Shown here piece after piece: positions 18,496-27,076 of a stretch of 64,000 nucleotides of DNA. The notes below the pieces were generated by a model, which was given only the letters and a program-made list of their open reading frames with translations, made no database searches and had not been told where the DNA came from. The translations under genes and the position numbers were made by a program. The stretch spans positions 8,698 to 72,697 of the forward strand of contig DATGVZ010000066.1 in assembly GCA_035299765.1 (NCBI GenBank). The letters run 5' to 3'. This DNA comes from Gemmatimonadales bacterium. GTDB taxonomy: Bacteria > Gemmatimonadota > Gemmatimonadetes > Gemmatimonadales > GWC2-71-9. Position 1 is the stretch's first letter. The number at the start of each line of letters is the position of its first letter.

Positions 18496-19038
18496 TCAGT
18501 GACCTCCTTCTCCCACGCGGTACCGGGTTCTGAGAATCTCTACGTGATGCCGTTCGTGCCCCGGAATCATGTACGCGATCGCCCGCACGCTCACCGGGTT
18601 GCCGCTCGCGGTGCCGCGTCGGCGCCACGCATCGGCATCGAATGTGCGCAACAGGGCGAGGGTCGCGGCCCGGGCGGTACGCAGCTCGCCGACGAGATCG
18701 GCGAGCGAGCGGGTGTCGAACTTTGCGACCGGGACATACGCGTTCTCATCGAATCCCGGCAGCGGCGTGGTATCGCCGCGCGCGATCCGTAACGCCCGGT
18801 AGGCCATGATGCGCTCGATGTCGGCGAGGTGGCCAACGATTTCCTTGACGCTCCATTTGTCGCGGGCGTAGCGATGCATCGCGTCCGCGTCGGACAGCCC
18901 GCGCAGCAACGCCGCCGTGTCCTCGATCTGCGACGCGCAGACGATCACCGGATCCAGCTCGGGAACGCGCTTGATGTAACCGACGAAATGCGATGGAATC
19001 TCGTCCGGCTCCGGCCGGCCGACGGTTCTGGCGTTCAC
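18496..19038 (-). CDS. DinB family protein
   Basis: 180 aa four-helix-bundle type with His triad context (...EIVGHLADIERI..., ...PGHERHHVEIL). GTGA overlap with the upstream DinB gene. Confidence 0.75.
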   Translation of the reverse strand: MNARTVGRPEPDEIPSHFVGYIKRVPELDPVIVCASQIEDTAALLRGLSDADAMHRYARDKWSVKEIVGHLADIERIMAYRALRIARGDTTPLPGFDENAYVPVAKFDTRSLADLVGELRTARAATLALLRTFDADAWRRRGTASGNPVSVRAIAYMIPGHERHHVEILRTRYRVGEGGH

Positions 19039-19532
19039 GACGCCTTTCCGCCGAGCTCATTCAACGCCATCGCCTTCACGGTTTTCCCCTCTCCCGTCAG
19101 AATGCGCCGGTGATAATCCACCTGGCCGAGGTGATAGGCGAGATGCGTAGCGAAATGAGCGAGGAACGCGCCGGTGGTGGAGTTGACGCCGCCCACCGGC
19201 TCGGGATATGGCCGAGCGAGGTCGGCCTCGCTGACCTTGCTCATCCCGGTCTGGACCGCGGCGATCGCGTTATCGATCTCGCGCAGCAGCTCGGCACGCG
19301 GGATGTCGCGGCTGCCGAACTCGGCGTCGCGATTGCGGACGTATCCGTTCTTGCCGAGCACGTGACCGACGAAATACTGAAGATTGCCGGCGAGGTGAAG
19401 GGCGAGATTACCGCCGGGATTCGCGATGCCGGGCAGAACTTCCCAGAGGCCCTCATCGCTCGGGTACGACTCGATCTCGCGGCGCAGCGCCTTGAGCTCG
19501 CGGGTGATGACGTTGGTGATCCAGTCTTTCAT
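19035..19532 (-). CDS. DinB family protein (DUF1572-like)
   Basis: MKDWITNVITRELKALRREIESYP...NLALHLAGNLQYFVGHVLG...HLAYHLGQVDYH, the DinB superfamily pattern. Confidence 0.75.
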   Translation of the reverse strand: MKDWITNVITRELKALRREIESYPSDEGLWEVLPGIANPGGNLALHLAGNLQYFVGHVLGKNGYVRNRDAEFGSRDIPRAELLREIDNAIAAVQTGMSKVSEADLARPYPEPVGGVNSTTGAFLAHFATHLAYHLGQVDYHRRILTGEGKTVKAMALNELGGKAS

Positions 19533-20275
19533 CAGATCCTCCCTATCCGCATGGCCACCGGCCAGCGGGCTAAGCGCACCGACTGTGGAGTACCCCAGGG
19601 CCCCGCCAGCTTCGCGACGAGGGTATCGACAGGATCCTGGCGATGGTGTTTCATGAACGCGCGCGTCGCGGACCAGGTACGGATGTAGCCCGTCACGTCG
19701 TTCAAGGTCACCGGTTGCTCGATCAGGAAGTTGGGCGCGGCAAATTCCGCAAACGGAAACTCAATGCCTCGATAACGTTCCTCGGTGATGCGCCGTTCCG
19801 GCGGCCAGAACGGTCCTACGACGTCGCGGTAAAACTCGCGGACGATCGGGTCGATCTCGGGCGCAATCTCGAAGAGCAGGTACGTCCACACTGCGACAAC
19901 GCCGCGCGGCCGCAACACTCGCCGCGCCTCCGCCCAAAATCTGGGGCGGTCGAACCAATGCAGGGCCTGCGCGGCTGCGACGAGGTCGACCGATGCGTCC
20001 TCCAGGCCGCTCGCCTCGGCCGGTGCCACGCGATACGTGATGCGCGGGTGGCGCGTCGCATGCTCGAGCTGCGACTCGCTGGCATCCGTTGCGAATACGT
20101 CGCGAAAGTGGCGCGCCAGGCCGATCGCCGCCTGTCCCGATCCCGTGCCGCAGTCCCACGCGGCCTCCAACGCCGGCGCCTCACGCGCGAGAAAATCGAA
20201 CACCGCATCTGGATAGCGCGGCCGGAATGCGGCGTACGCGGCGGCAACACCCGAGAAATGATCTGCGAAGCTCAC
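19532..20275 (-). CDS. Class I SAM-dependent methyltransferase
   Basis: Motif I is AWDCGTGSGQAAIGLA. Start reassigned to GTG 20275 (VSFADHFSG...), which forms a GTGA overlap with the stop of the M28 gene. Confidence 0.8.
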   Translation of the reverse strand: MSFADHFSGVAAAYAAFRPRYPDAVFDFLAREAPALEAAWDCGTGSGQAAIGLARHFRDVFATDASESQLEHATRHPRITYRVAPAEASGLEDASVDLVAAAQALHWFDRPRFWAEARRVLRPRGVVAVWTYLLFEIAPEIDPIVREFYRDVVGPFWPPERRITEERYRGIEFPFAEFAAPNFLIEQPVTLNDVTGYIRTWSATRAFMKHHRQDPVDTLVAKLAGPWGTPQSVRLARWPVAMRIGRI

Positions 20276-21915
20276 GGTGTCCGCGGCGCCGGCGCAGGCG
20301 GGGGTGGCGGCGCGGGTGCGAGCGGCGGCGTGGCGCGCTGCGGCTGCTGGCAATCGGGCCACGCGCCCGCCTGGCCGTTGGGTCGGGCCTGGAACACATC
20401 GCGCTGCACGCGGGAGACATGCGTCGTGTCCTCGGACGCGAGATAGACGAGCATCGCCGCGAGCGTTGCGTTGGTCTTCACGTCGTCGAAACTGATCTTG
20501 TCATAGGTATCGCGGTTTGTGTGCCACGTGTACCGGCCGTAGTCCCAATCGCCCGATCCGAGATTGAAGCCGGGAGCCCCGCAGGAAACGAACGACGAGT
20601 GATCCGTCCCGCCGCCGCTCGGCGCGCCGGGAAAACCGAACTTGATATTGCGCGTGATATCGGCCGGCACGCGCGCGAGGTAGCGCGCCAGGTTGGCCGC
20701 TGCATCCGGGAAACCGGATGCGCTCATGTTCTCGATCCGGCCCGTTCCGTTATCCTGGTTGAACAAAGCCTGCAGTCCCGCGAGGATCTCGGAATGATCC
20801 TGTACGAAGCCACGCGAGCCGTTGAGGCCCTGTTCCTCGCCGCTCCAGTGACCGACGAGAATCGTGCGCCGCGGATTGGGATAGACCTGCTTCAGAATTC
20901 GCATCGCCTCGATCATCGTAATCGTTCCCGTACCGTTGTCCGTCGCGCCCGAGCCGCCGTCCCACGAGTCGAAGTGTGCGGACAACATCACATACTCATT
21001 GGGCAGCTGCGCGCCTTTCATTTCCGCGACAACGTTGAACACCGGAACCTCGCCCAACGCCTGCGACTCCGCGGTCAACTCGATGACCGGGGCTTGTTTG
21101 TTGTCGGCGAGACGAAAGAGTAGACCGTAATCCTCGCAGGCGACGTCGATGACAGGCGCGCGGTCGGTCTGCGCCGCGAAGATTTTCTGCACGCCCCAGC
21201 CCTGGGACCAGAAGCTGCCGATAATTCCCGCGGCGCCCGCCTCCTCGAGCCGTCGCGAGAGTGCGGCGGCTCCGTTTACTCCCGTTCCTGAATAGCCAGT
21301 CCGCTGCACGCGTTGTTGCCACGTCTGTTGCGCGACGGTACGGCGTGCTTTGAGCGAATCGGCCGTCGTCTGCGTGGCCCACTTCTCCCAGCTGTCGTCC
21401 GGTCGGCACGTTGGTTGAGGGAATGAGATGAGCACGAACTTTCCCTTTGCCTGCGGCAACCACGCGACGAAGGCCGAGCTGTCGGCGACGTCGGGAAGAA
21501 TGACGACGGGCGCGCGTACCGGCCGCGCGCGGGGCGTCGGCGGGCTCCAGGCGAGCATCGTCGCCTCCAGGGTGCGCGTGCGCGGCGCCACGAGATCGAG
21601 ATGCGTCTTGGCGCGACGCCAACTGCGCCACGTCCCATACTGCTCCTTGCGCACCGGAATGCCCCACGCCGTGTACGTGGCCACCAGCCAGTTTTGGGCG
21701 GCGGTCATTCCAGGCGATGCGGTCAGGCGCGGTCCGAGGGAATCAAAGAGCACCTGCGCGAGATGTGGGAGCGCAGAGCTGTCGGTCTCGATCGCCCAGA
21801 TGCGGCGCAGAACAGAATTCTCGACTATGAAACCCGACGGCTGCGGTGGACCTTGGGTAAGCGCGACAGCTGGAGCGAGGACGGCAACAAATAGCGCGGG
21901 CAGGACGCGTCTCAC
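20272..21915 (-). CDS. M28 family aminopeptidase with PA domain, secreted, Pro-rich C-terminal tail
   Basis: MLSAHFDSWDGGSGATDNGTGTITMIEAMR...GHWSGEEQGLNGSRGF (M28 zinc ligands). Start set at GTG 21915, 7 nt after an AGGAG, giving the signal peptide VRRVLPALFVAVLAPAVALTQ. The tail is PPLAPAPPPPPAPAPRTP. Confidence 0.85.
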   Translation of the reverse strand: MRRVLPALFVAVLAPAVALTQGPPQPSGFIVENSVLRRIWAIETDSSALPHLAQVLFDSLGPRLTASPGMTAAQNWLVATYTAWGIPVRKEQYGTWRSWRRAKTHLDLVAPRTRTLEATMLAWSPPTPRARPVRAPVVILPDVADSSAFVAWLPQAKGKFVLISFPQPTCRPDDSWEKWATQTTADSLKARRTVAQQTWQQRVQRTGYSGTGVNGAAALSRRLEEAGAAGIIGSFWSQGWGVQKIFAAQTDRAPVIDVACEDYGLLFRLADNKQAPVIELTAESQALGEVPVFNVVAEMKGAQLPNEYVMLSAHFDSWDGGSGATDNGTGTITMIEAMRILKQVYPNPRRTILVGHWSGEEQGLNGSRGFVQDHSEILAGLQALFNQDNGTGRIENMSASGFPDAAANLARYLARVPADITRNIKFGFPGAPSGGGTDHSSFVSCGAPGFNLGSGDWDYGRYTWHTNRDTYDKISFDDVKTNATLAAMLVYLASEDTTHVSRVQRDVFQARPNGQAGAWPDCQQPQRATPPLAPAPPPPPAPAPRTP

Positions 21916-21999
21916 GATGCGACTCCTGGTCGGTTCGAGAGGAATGAGAAGTTTGTGCAAGGGCGCTAATGAGAGGAAGTCCGGACCCGGCCAGCGTTT

Positions 22000-22030
22000 G
22001 TTAACCCCGGGCTGGCAGCCCGGGGTTAAC
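22000..22030. repeat. Perfect 31-nt palindrome in the GNAT-M28 intergenic spacer
   Basis: GTTAACCCCGGGCTG-G-CAGCCCGGGGTTAAC: 15-nt arms that are exact reverse complements. No flanking U/T tract on either strand. Confidence 0.8.
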
Positions 22031-22037
22031 ACACCCG

Positions 22038-22535
22038 CTAAAGGATCCTTCGATATCTCACCTCCGGGACCTGTGTCGTTGGATAGGTCCGTTTCCCCCC
22101 GTCCAGGTCAAACCCATGCTTCTCGTAGAACCGCCGCGCGCTCCTGTTCTCTTCGAGCACCCAGAGCGTCACTTCCGCAAATCCGCGGCGCCGAAACTCA
22201 TCGAGCACGTGATCCACCAGCGCGCGGCCGTAGCCGCGACCGCGCAAGTACGGCAGCACATGCAGTGACGTGATGTGGCCGACGCGTTTGGGATCGTCAT
22301 CGAGATCTCGCGACGGAATCATCTGACAAAACGCGAGGGCTTGGCCTGCTTCCTCGATCAGGAACACCGGCCACTCGCGATCGGCGATGCGTTCGGACCA
22401 GAAACGGGTGCGATAGGTAAGGTCGGTCTTCGCGATGACATCATCCGGCATGATGCCGCGGTAGGCGACGCTCCACGACTCGACGTGAATGTGCCCGACC
22501 GCTGGGGCGTCTTTCGTCGATGCGCGTCGGATCAT
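22038..22535 (-). CDS. GNAT family N-acetyltransferase
   Basis: MIRRASTKDAPAVGHIHVESW...LHVLPYLRGRGYGRALV (acetyl-CoA binding R/Q-x-x-G-x-G/A). ATG 22535 overlaps the Fpg stop (ATGA). Confidence 0.85.
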   Translation of the reverse strand: MIRRASTKDAPAVGHIHVESWSVAYRGIMPDDVIAKTDLTYRTRFWSERIADREWPVFLIEEAGQALAFCQMIPSRDLDDDPKRVGHITSLHVLPYLRGRGYGRALVDHVLDEFRRRGFAEVTLWVLEENRSARRFYEKHGFDLDGGKRTYPTTQVPEVRYRRIL

Positions 22536-23437
22536 CGGCCCAGCTTCGCCTCCCATTCTTCCAGCGAGCGGGGCCAGTCGGCCTTGAGCAGTCGTGAAAG
22601 CGAGCGATCGGCCAGCACTCGACCGCCCGTCTGACACGTCGCGCAGTAGTTCGCCTCATTGTCGGCGTAGCGAATGCGTTGTACGGGCGAGCCGCACACC
22701 GGGCAGGGCTGCTTGTAGCGTCCGTGCACCGCCATTCCTTCCTTGAACGCGCTCACTTTTTCGGGGAATTTCGTGCCCCCTGCGGTCTCGGCGCGCAGCT
22801 TCTCGATCCAAGAGCGTGTTGTCTTCTGTGTTGCCTCGTACAGCCGCGCGATTTCTTCGTCAGTCAATTTTCCGGCGAGCTGAAACAGCGAAAGCTTGGC
22901 CGCGTGCAGAATCTCATCAGACAGCCAGTTGCCGATGCCGTCGAACAGATGGGGATCGGTGAGCGCGCGCTTCAGCGTGTGGGACTCCGATTGCAGCCGG
23001 GTGCGGAAGGCATCGAGATCGGCGGCCAGCACGTCGAGACCGCCGGGATCGTGCGCCGCGAGCGCGGCTTCACCCTCCACCACGTGCAGCGATGCGCGGT
23101 GCTTCGGGCTCGCCTCGGTGAGGAGCAACGTGCCGGTTGGAAAATCGAAGGAAGCGAGCCCGACTCTGGCGGGCGGGCTGGTGCCTCCCGGCCGCCACTT
23201 GAAGCGTCCCGCAATCATCAGGTGGAAGACGAGGAACATTCCCCCTTCCATCTCCCACACGATGCGCTTCCCGATGCGTTTGAGTCCGACGACCTTCCGG
23301 CCTTCTGCCGCGGCCAGCGGCGGGTCGACGGTGCGGAGCAGGGAAGGACTCGTGATGCGCACGCGTTCGAGTGGCTGGCCCACGATTCGCGGGGCCAGCG
23401 CCTCGAGGTAGATCGTGATGTCGGGAAGCTCCGGCAT
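22532..23437 (-). CDS. Fpg/Nei family DNA glycosylase/AP lyase
   Basis: N-terminal MPELPD (catalytic Pro2/Glu3), an H2TH region, and a C-terminal zinc finger CPVCGSPV...YCATCQ. Confidence 0.85.
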   Translation of the reverse strand: MPELPDITIYLEALAPRIVGQPLERVRITSPSLLRTVDPPLAAAEGRKVVGLKRIGKRIVWEMEGGMFLVFHLMIAGRFKWRPGGTSPPARVGLASFDFPTGTLLLTEASPKHRASLHVVEGEAALAAHDPGGLDVLAADLDAFRTRLQSESHTLKRALTDPHLFDGIGNWLSDEILHAAKLSLFQLAGKLTDEEIARLYEATQKTTRSWIEKLRAETAGGTKFPEKVSAFKEGMAVHGRYKQPCPVCGSPVQRIRYADNEANYCATCQTGGRVLADRSLSRLLKADWPRSLEEWEAKLGR

Positions 23438-23450
23438 AGCCGGATCCTAT

Positions 23451-25286
23451 CTACTGGAACACTTGCAGCGCCACCTCGACCCGGCCGAACGGCGCGCTCA
23501 CCTGAACCCCCTGCACCATTTGCTTGACCCGCGTGAACATCTCACGCGCGATGGTGACGCCCTCCGCGAGCGCCGCTTCCTTCCCTTGCTCCTGCGCCTT
23601 CCTCATGCGCTGGAGCACCTCCTCGGGCACCGACACGCCGGGGACTTCGTTCGCGAGAAACTCGGCGTTGCGCAGGGAAATGAGCGGCCAGACCCCGGCG
23701 ACGATGGGCAGCTTGAACTGATCGACGCGCTGGAGAAATGCCTCGAGCTGGCGCACGTCGAACACCGGCTGCGTCACAGCGAATTCCGCCCCCGCATCCA
23801 CCTTCCACGCGAACCGCGACAGCTCGCGATCCTGGTCGCCGGCACCGGGATTCACGCCGACACCGATCGCCCACTTCGTGGCGCCGCCGAGCGGATTGTT
23901 GCCGGGATCGAGGCCCTGGTTCAATCGATAGACGAGGTTCGTCAAGCCGATCGAATCGATGTCGAACACCGCGGTCGCTTCGGGATAGGGCCCCATCTTC
24001 GGCGGATCGCCCGTGATGATGAGAATGTTGCGCAACCCCGCGGCGTGTGCGCCGATGATGTCCGACAGCATGCCGAGCAGGTTGCGGTCGCGGCAGCAGT
24101 AGTGAATCACGGTCTCGATGCCCACCTCGCGCTCGATCAGCAGCGCCGATGGCAGTACCCCCATGCGACTTTGCGCGCGTGGGCCATCGGGCACGTTCAC
24201 CGCATCCACACCGGCGGCTTTCAGCGCGCGACACTGCGCCAGCATCGGCGTCGGATCCACACCCTTGGGCGGCACGATCTCGACGCTCGTCACCAGCTCA
24301 CCGCGCGCGAGCTTATTGCCCCAGCCGGATTTCAAGGCGAGCGGGGTCGCCGTCACTCCCTCAGGCGCCTTCACCTGCGCGCGCGAGACGACGACGCTCG
24401 GCTGCCGCGGCACCACGCTGGCGACGTAGTCGCGGATCTTCTTGATGTGTTCCGGCGTCGAGCCGCAACAGCCGCCGACGAAGCGCGCGCCCGCTTCGAT
24501 CATGCGCCGCGCGTAGCTCGCCATGTACTCGGGAGACGCGAGATAGATCTTGCGGTCGCCCACATCCTTGGGCAGACCGGCATTGGGCTGCGCCGAGATC
24601 GGCTTGTCCGTCGCCTTCACCATCTTTTCGACGGCCTCGAGCACGCCCGCCGGCCCGACGGAGCAGTTCACACCGATCACATCCGCGCCCCACGCCGTGA
24701 GCTGCTTGGTGAAGGTCTCGGGATCGGTGCCGTAGTACGTCAGGCCATCGGTGCCGATCGTCATCTGGCAGACGACGGGCAGATCGGTTGCGGCGCGCAC
24801 GGCGTTCAGCGCCGCGTGCATTTCCTGCATGTCGCTGAACGTCTCGAGCACGAAGCCGTCCACGCGGCCGGCAAGCAGGCCCTGCACCTGCCGGGCGAAC
24901 AGCGCTTGCGCTTCGGCTTGCGAGGTCGGGCCGAACGGCTCGATGCGAATGCCGAGTGGGCCGATCGCGCCGACCACGCTTGCGCGGCCTCCCGCAGCGG
25001 CGCGCGCCAGCTCGGCGGCGGTGCGGTTGATCTTCTCGGTGTCGTCGGCGAGACCGTAGCTGTTGAGCTTCAGCGGATTGGCGCCGAAGGTATTGGTCTC
25101 CAGGATCTCCGCGCCCGCGCGCACGTACTCCGCGTGCACTTCCTGCACGAGCCGCGGTTGCTTCAGGTTCAGCTCGTCATAGCAGACGTTCAGGAAGAAG
25201 CCCTTGCCGTACAGCATCGTGCCCATCGCCCCGTCGAAGACGTGGACGCGGCCGTCGGCAATGAGAGATCGGAAGTCAGTAGGCAT
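23451..25286 (-). CDS. Bifunctional homocysteine S-methyltransferase / 5,10-methylenetetrahydrofolate reductase (YitJ-like)
   Basis: The N-terminus FDGAMGTMLY...ILETNTFGAN...GGCCGSTPEHI is the Hcy S-methyltransferase domain, and the C-terminal half is MetF-like (...HYCCRDRN...ITGDPP...). Start set at ATG 25286 (MPTDFRSLIADGRVHVFDGAMGT) by collinearity with YitJ. Confidence 0.9.
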   Translation of the reverse strand: MPTDFRSLIADGRVHVFDGAMGTMLYGKGFFLNVCYDELNLKQPRLVQEVHAEYVRAGAEILETNTFGANPLKLNSYGLADDTEKINRTAAELARAAAGGRASVVGAIGPLGIRIEPFGPTSQAEAQALFARQVQGLLAGRVDGFVLETFSDMQEMHAALNAVRAATDLPVVCQMTIGTDGLTYYGTDPETFTKQLTAWGADVIGVNCSVGPAGVLEAVEKMVKATDKPISAQPNAGLPKDVGDRKIYLASPEYMASYARRMIEAGARFVGGCCGSTPEHIKKIRDYVASVVPRQPSVVVSRAQVKAPEGVTATPLALKSGWGNKLARGELVTSVEIVPPKGVDPTPMLAQCRALKAAGVDAVNVPDGPRAQSRMGVLPSALLIEREVGIETVIHYCCRDRNLLGMLSDIIGAHAAGLRNILIITGDPPKMGPYPEATAVFDIDSIGLTNLVYRLNQGLDPGNNPLGGATKWAIGVGVNPGAGDQDRELSRFAWKVDAGAEFAVTQPVFDVRQLEAFLQRVDQFKLPIVAGVWPLISLRNAEFLANEVPGVSVPEEVLQRMRKAQEQGKEAALAEGVTIAREMFTRVKQMVQGVQVSAPFGRVEVALQVFQ

Positions 25287-25303
25287 CGGTTGCGTGTCGT
25301 CCC

Positions 25304-25342
25304 AAAAGAAATCCCCGCCCAAGGCCAACGCCCGGTACGGGG
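25304..25342 (-). terminator. Leader hairpin plus U-tract upstream of the Hcy-methyltransferase/MTHFR start (candidate attenuator/terminator)
   Basis: The minus-strand RNA reads CCCCG-(20 nt)-CGGGG followed by AUUUCUUUU. It ends 18 nt before ATG 25286. Confidence 0.4.
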
Positions 25343-25345
25343 TCT

Positions 25346-25395
25346 GGCTTTTTAGCGGTTGTTTAACGTGGCCGCAATACGCCGCAAATCGCCAC
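25346..25395 (-). promoter_or_regulatory. Candidate SAM-II-like pseudoknot riboswitch in the leader of the methionine-cycle gene
   Basis: The minus-strand RNA reads GUGGCGAUUUGCGGCGUAUUGCGGCCACGUUAAACAACCGCUAAAAAGCC. Helix GUGGC/GCCAC is interleaved with UUGCGG/CCGC(U)AA, giving H-type pseudoknot topology. The GAUUU...UUGC...GCUAAAAAGC strings resemble my memory of the SAM-II consensus. No covariance-model search was run. Confidence 0.35.
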
Positions 25396-25468
25396 GAATC
25401 GGTTGTCTCTGCTCAACGTAGCGGCACCGGAAAATAATAGCCAGGGTCAAGCGTACTCTTATAAGAAC

Positions 25469-25969
25469 ATGAGCAAGATCGCGCCTGATCAGCTCTTAGC
25501 ACAGCACGCACCGGCGCTCCGCAACTTCCTGGGCGCTCGCTGCCGCGACCCTGAGTTGGCCGCCGAGTTGCTGCAAGAAGTGGCGGCGCGCCTGGTTACG
25601 GCGAGCCCGCGACTGACACTCAACGGCAATGTCCGGGGCTACCTGTTCCGGATCGCGGCGAACGTGTGGCACGACCACTTGCGGCGCGAGCTGGTGCACC
25701 GCCGCGCTGCGCTGGCCATGCAGTCCGATGAGCCAGCAACGGCCGCAGCCGCCGACGCCCGCCTGCTGGAGCGCGAGCTCCGAGCAGCAGTCCGTCATGC
25801 TGTGAGCGAGCTGCCGACGCCGCAGCGTGAAGTCGTGGAGTTGCGACAACACGGTGGACTGACGTTTCAAGCGATCGCCGACCGGCTGGGCCGGCCGCTC
25901 GGGACGGTGCTCACGCAAATGCGCTCGGCGCTCGCTCGAATCAGCACGGCACTGGAGAACTATCGATGA
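25469..25969 (+). CDS. ECF (group 4) RNA polymerase sigma factor
   Basis: Region 2 (...YLFRIAANVWHDHLRR) and region 4 (LPTPQREVVELRQHGGLTFQAIADRLGRPLGTVLTQMRSA) are present. ATG at 25469. Confidence 0.85.
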   Translation: MSKIAPDQLLAQHAPALRNFLGARCRDPELAAELLQEVAARLVTASPRLTLNGNVRGYLFRIAANVWHDHLRRELVHRRAALAMQSDEPATAAAADARLLERELRAAVRHAVSELPTPQREVVELRQHGGLTFQAIADRLGRPLGTVLTQMRSALARISTALENYR

Positions 25970-26361
25970 ATCATCCGACCGAAGACGAGCTGCTGCTCCT
26001 CGCGTATGGCGAGCTCCCTGACCCGCGAGCCGCGGAAATCGACTCTCACGCGGCTGCGTGTCGCGCGTGCCAGGAGAAGCTTGCACAGTTCGAGCGCGGT
26101 CGCGCAGCGCTGGACCTTGTAGTGCCGGCGCGACGTCAACACGCGATGGTCTGGGCCACACTCGCGCTCGCGGCGGCGGCAGTGGTCGCGGGGGTGGTGA
26201 TCACCAAGTCGGGACCGTCTCGTGACCCGACCGAACGCTGGACGCCAACGACGACGTGGTCGGGGACGGCCGGATATGTGACCGGCGGTAAGGCGATGCT
26301 GGATATCGACGCACAACTCACTCGACTCGAACGGGAGCGGTACTATGGCCTGCCGAATTAG
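25966..26361 (+). CDS. Zinc-binding (ZAS-type) anti-sigma factor, single-pass membrane
   Basis: It overlaps the sigma gene by 4 nt. H-x3-C-x2-C motif (DSHAAACRACQ), then the TM helix MVWATLALAAAAVVAGVVI. Confidence 0.75.
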   Translation: MNHPTEDELLLLAYGELPDPRAAEIDSHAAACRACQEKLAQFERGRAALDLVVPARRQHAMVWATLALAAAAVVAGVVITKSGPSRDPTERWTPTTTWSGTAGYVTGGKAMLDIDAQLTRLERERYYGLPN

Positions 26362-26995
26362 TGCTCTGGTTGGTGTGTTTGGGCTCTTGGCGGCCTCGTC
26401 GGGCGCGGCTCAGGAAATGCCCAACCCACAAGCAATGCAGATGCAGGTGCAGCAGATCATGCAACAGCGGCCGCGGGAAGCAGAAGCCGCCGCTCGCGCA
26501 TTTCTGATGTTCGTCGCGCCGGATCGTGTAGCGGGGCTCGATAGTCTCAGACAGCAGGCCAACGCTGCCAATAATCAGCCGACCCTAGTGGTGGACGGTA
26601 CGCCGATCGCGAGCCCATCCGGGGCGGATCAGTATTGGATGGAGGTAGCGCAATTGACGGTGCAGTTCGACATGGTGCAGAAGCTCAATCAGCGCGATAG
26701 CGTCCGCGCCCAGCTGGTCGGCAAGATGTTTGGGCTCGAGGCGAACGCCCGCGCCCGGCAACGAGCCTATCGCACGGCGACCGAGGCGCAGCGCCAGGCG
26801 CTGCGCACGCAGATCGAGGCGCTCATCTCGCAGCACTTCGATCTGGAGGACAAGCTCAGGGGTCTGGAGATTGCGGATATCGAGCGACGCCTCGCGGACG
26901 TGCGCGCCGAGACGCAGCGCCGGCATGATAAGCGCGCGGAGTTCATCAAGTTTGCCGTGGACGACATCGTGCGCGATGCCGTTCGGCCCCGATAA
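26345..26995 (+). CDS. Secreted helical/coiled-coil hypothetical protein (third gene of the ECF module)
   Basis: Signal peptide MACRISALVGVFGLLAASSGAAQ, then a Gln/Met-rich and Arg/Glu-rich helical sequence. No recognisable domain. Confidence 0.6.
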   Translation: MACRISALVGVFGLLAASSGAAQEMPNPQAMQMQVQQIMQQRPREAEAAARAFLMFVAPDRVAGLDSLRQQANAANNQPTLVVDGTPIASPSGADQYWMEVAQLTVQFDMVQKLNQRDSVRAQLVGKMFGLEANARARQRAYRTATEAQRQALRTQIEALISQHFDLEDKLRGLEIADIERRLADVRAETQRRHDKRAEFIKFAVDDIVRDAVRPR

Positions 26996-27018
26996 CCGGA
27001 GCGTCGTTCGCGAATAAT

Positions 27019-27071
27019 CAATGTCCAATGATCAATGGTCATTGGACATTGTTCGTTGATCATTGGACATT
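27019..27071. repeat. AT-rich palindrome plus third repeat copy upstream of the DUF2231-like gene
   Basis: CAATGTCCAATGA (27019-31) and TCATTGGACATTG (27039-51) are exact reverse complements separated by 7 nt. TCATTGGACATT recurs directly at 27060-71. The region is locally much more AT-rich than its surroundings. Confidence 0.85.
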
Positions 27072-27076
27072 CCGAT

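Noticed and set aside
25455-25468. CTCTTATAAGAA, which resembles the start of a SAM-I (S-box) riboswitch (CTCTTATCAAGAG).
   Set aside because: The other S-box core elements (GAGGGA, the kink-turn, GCAACC) are absent on both strands. The string sits immediately before the ECF sigma ATG.
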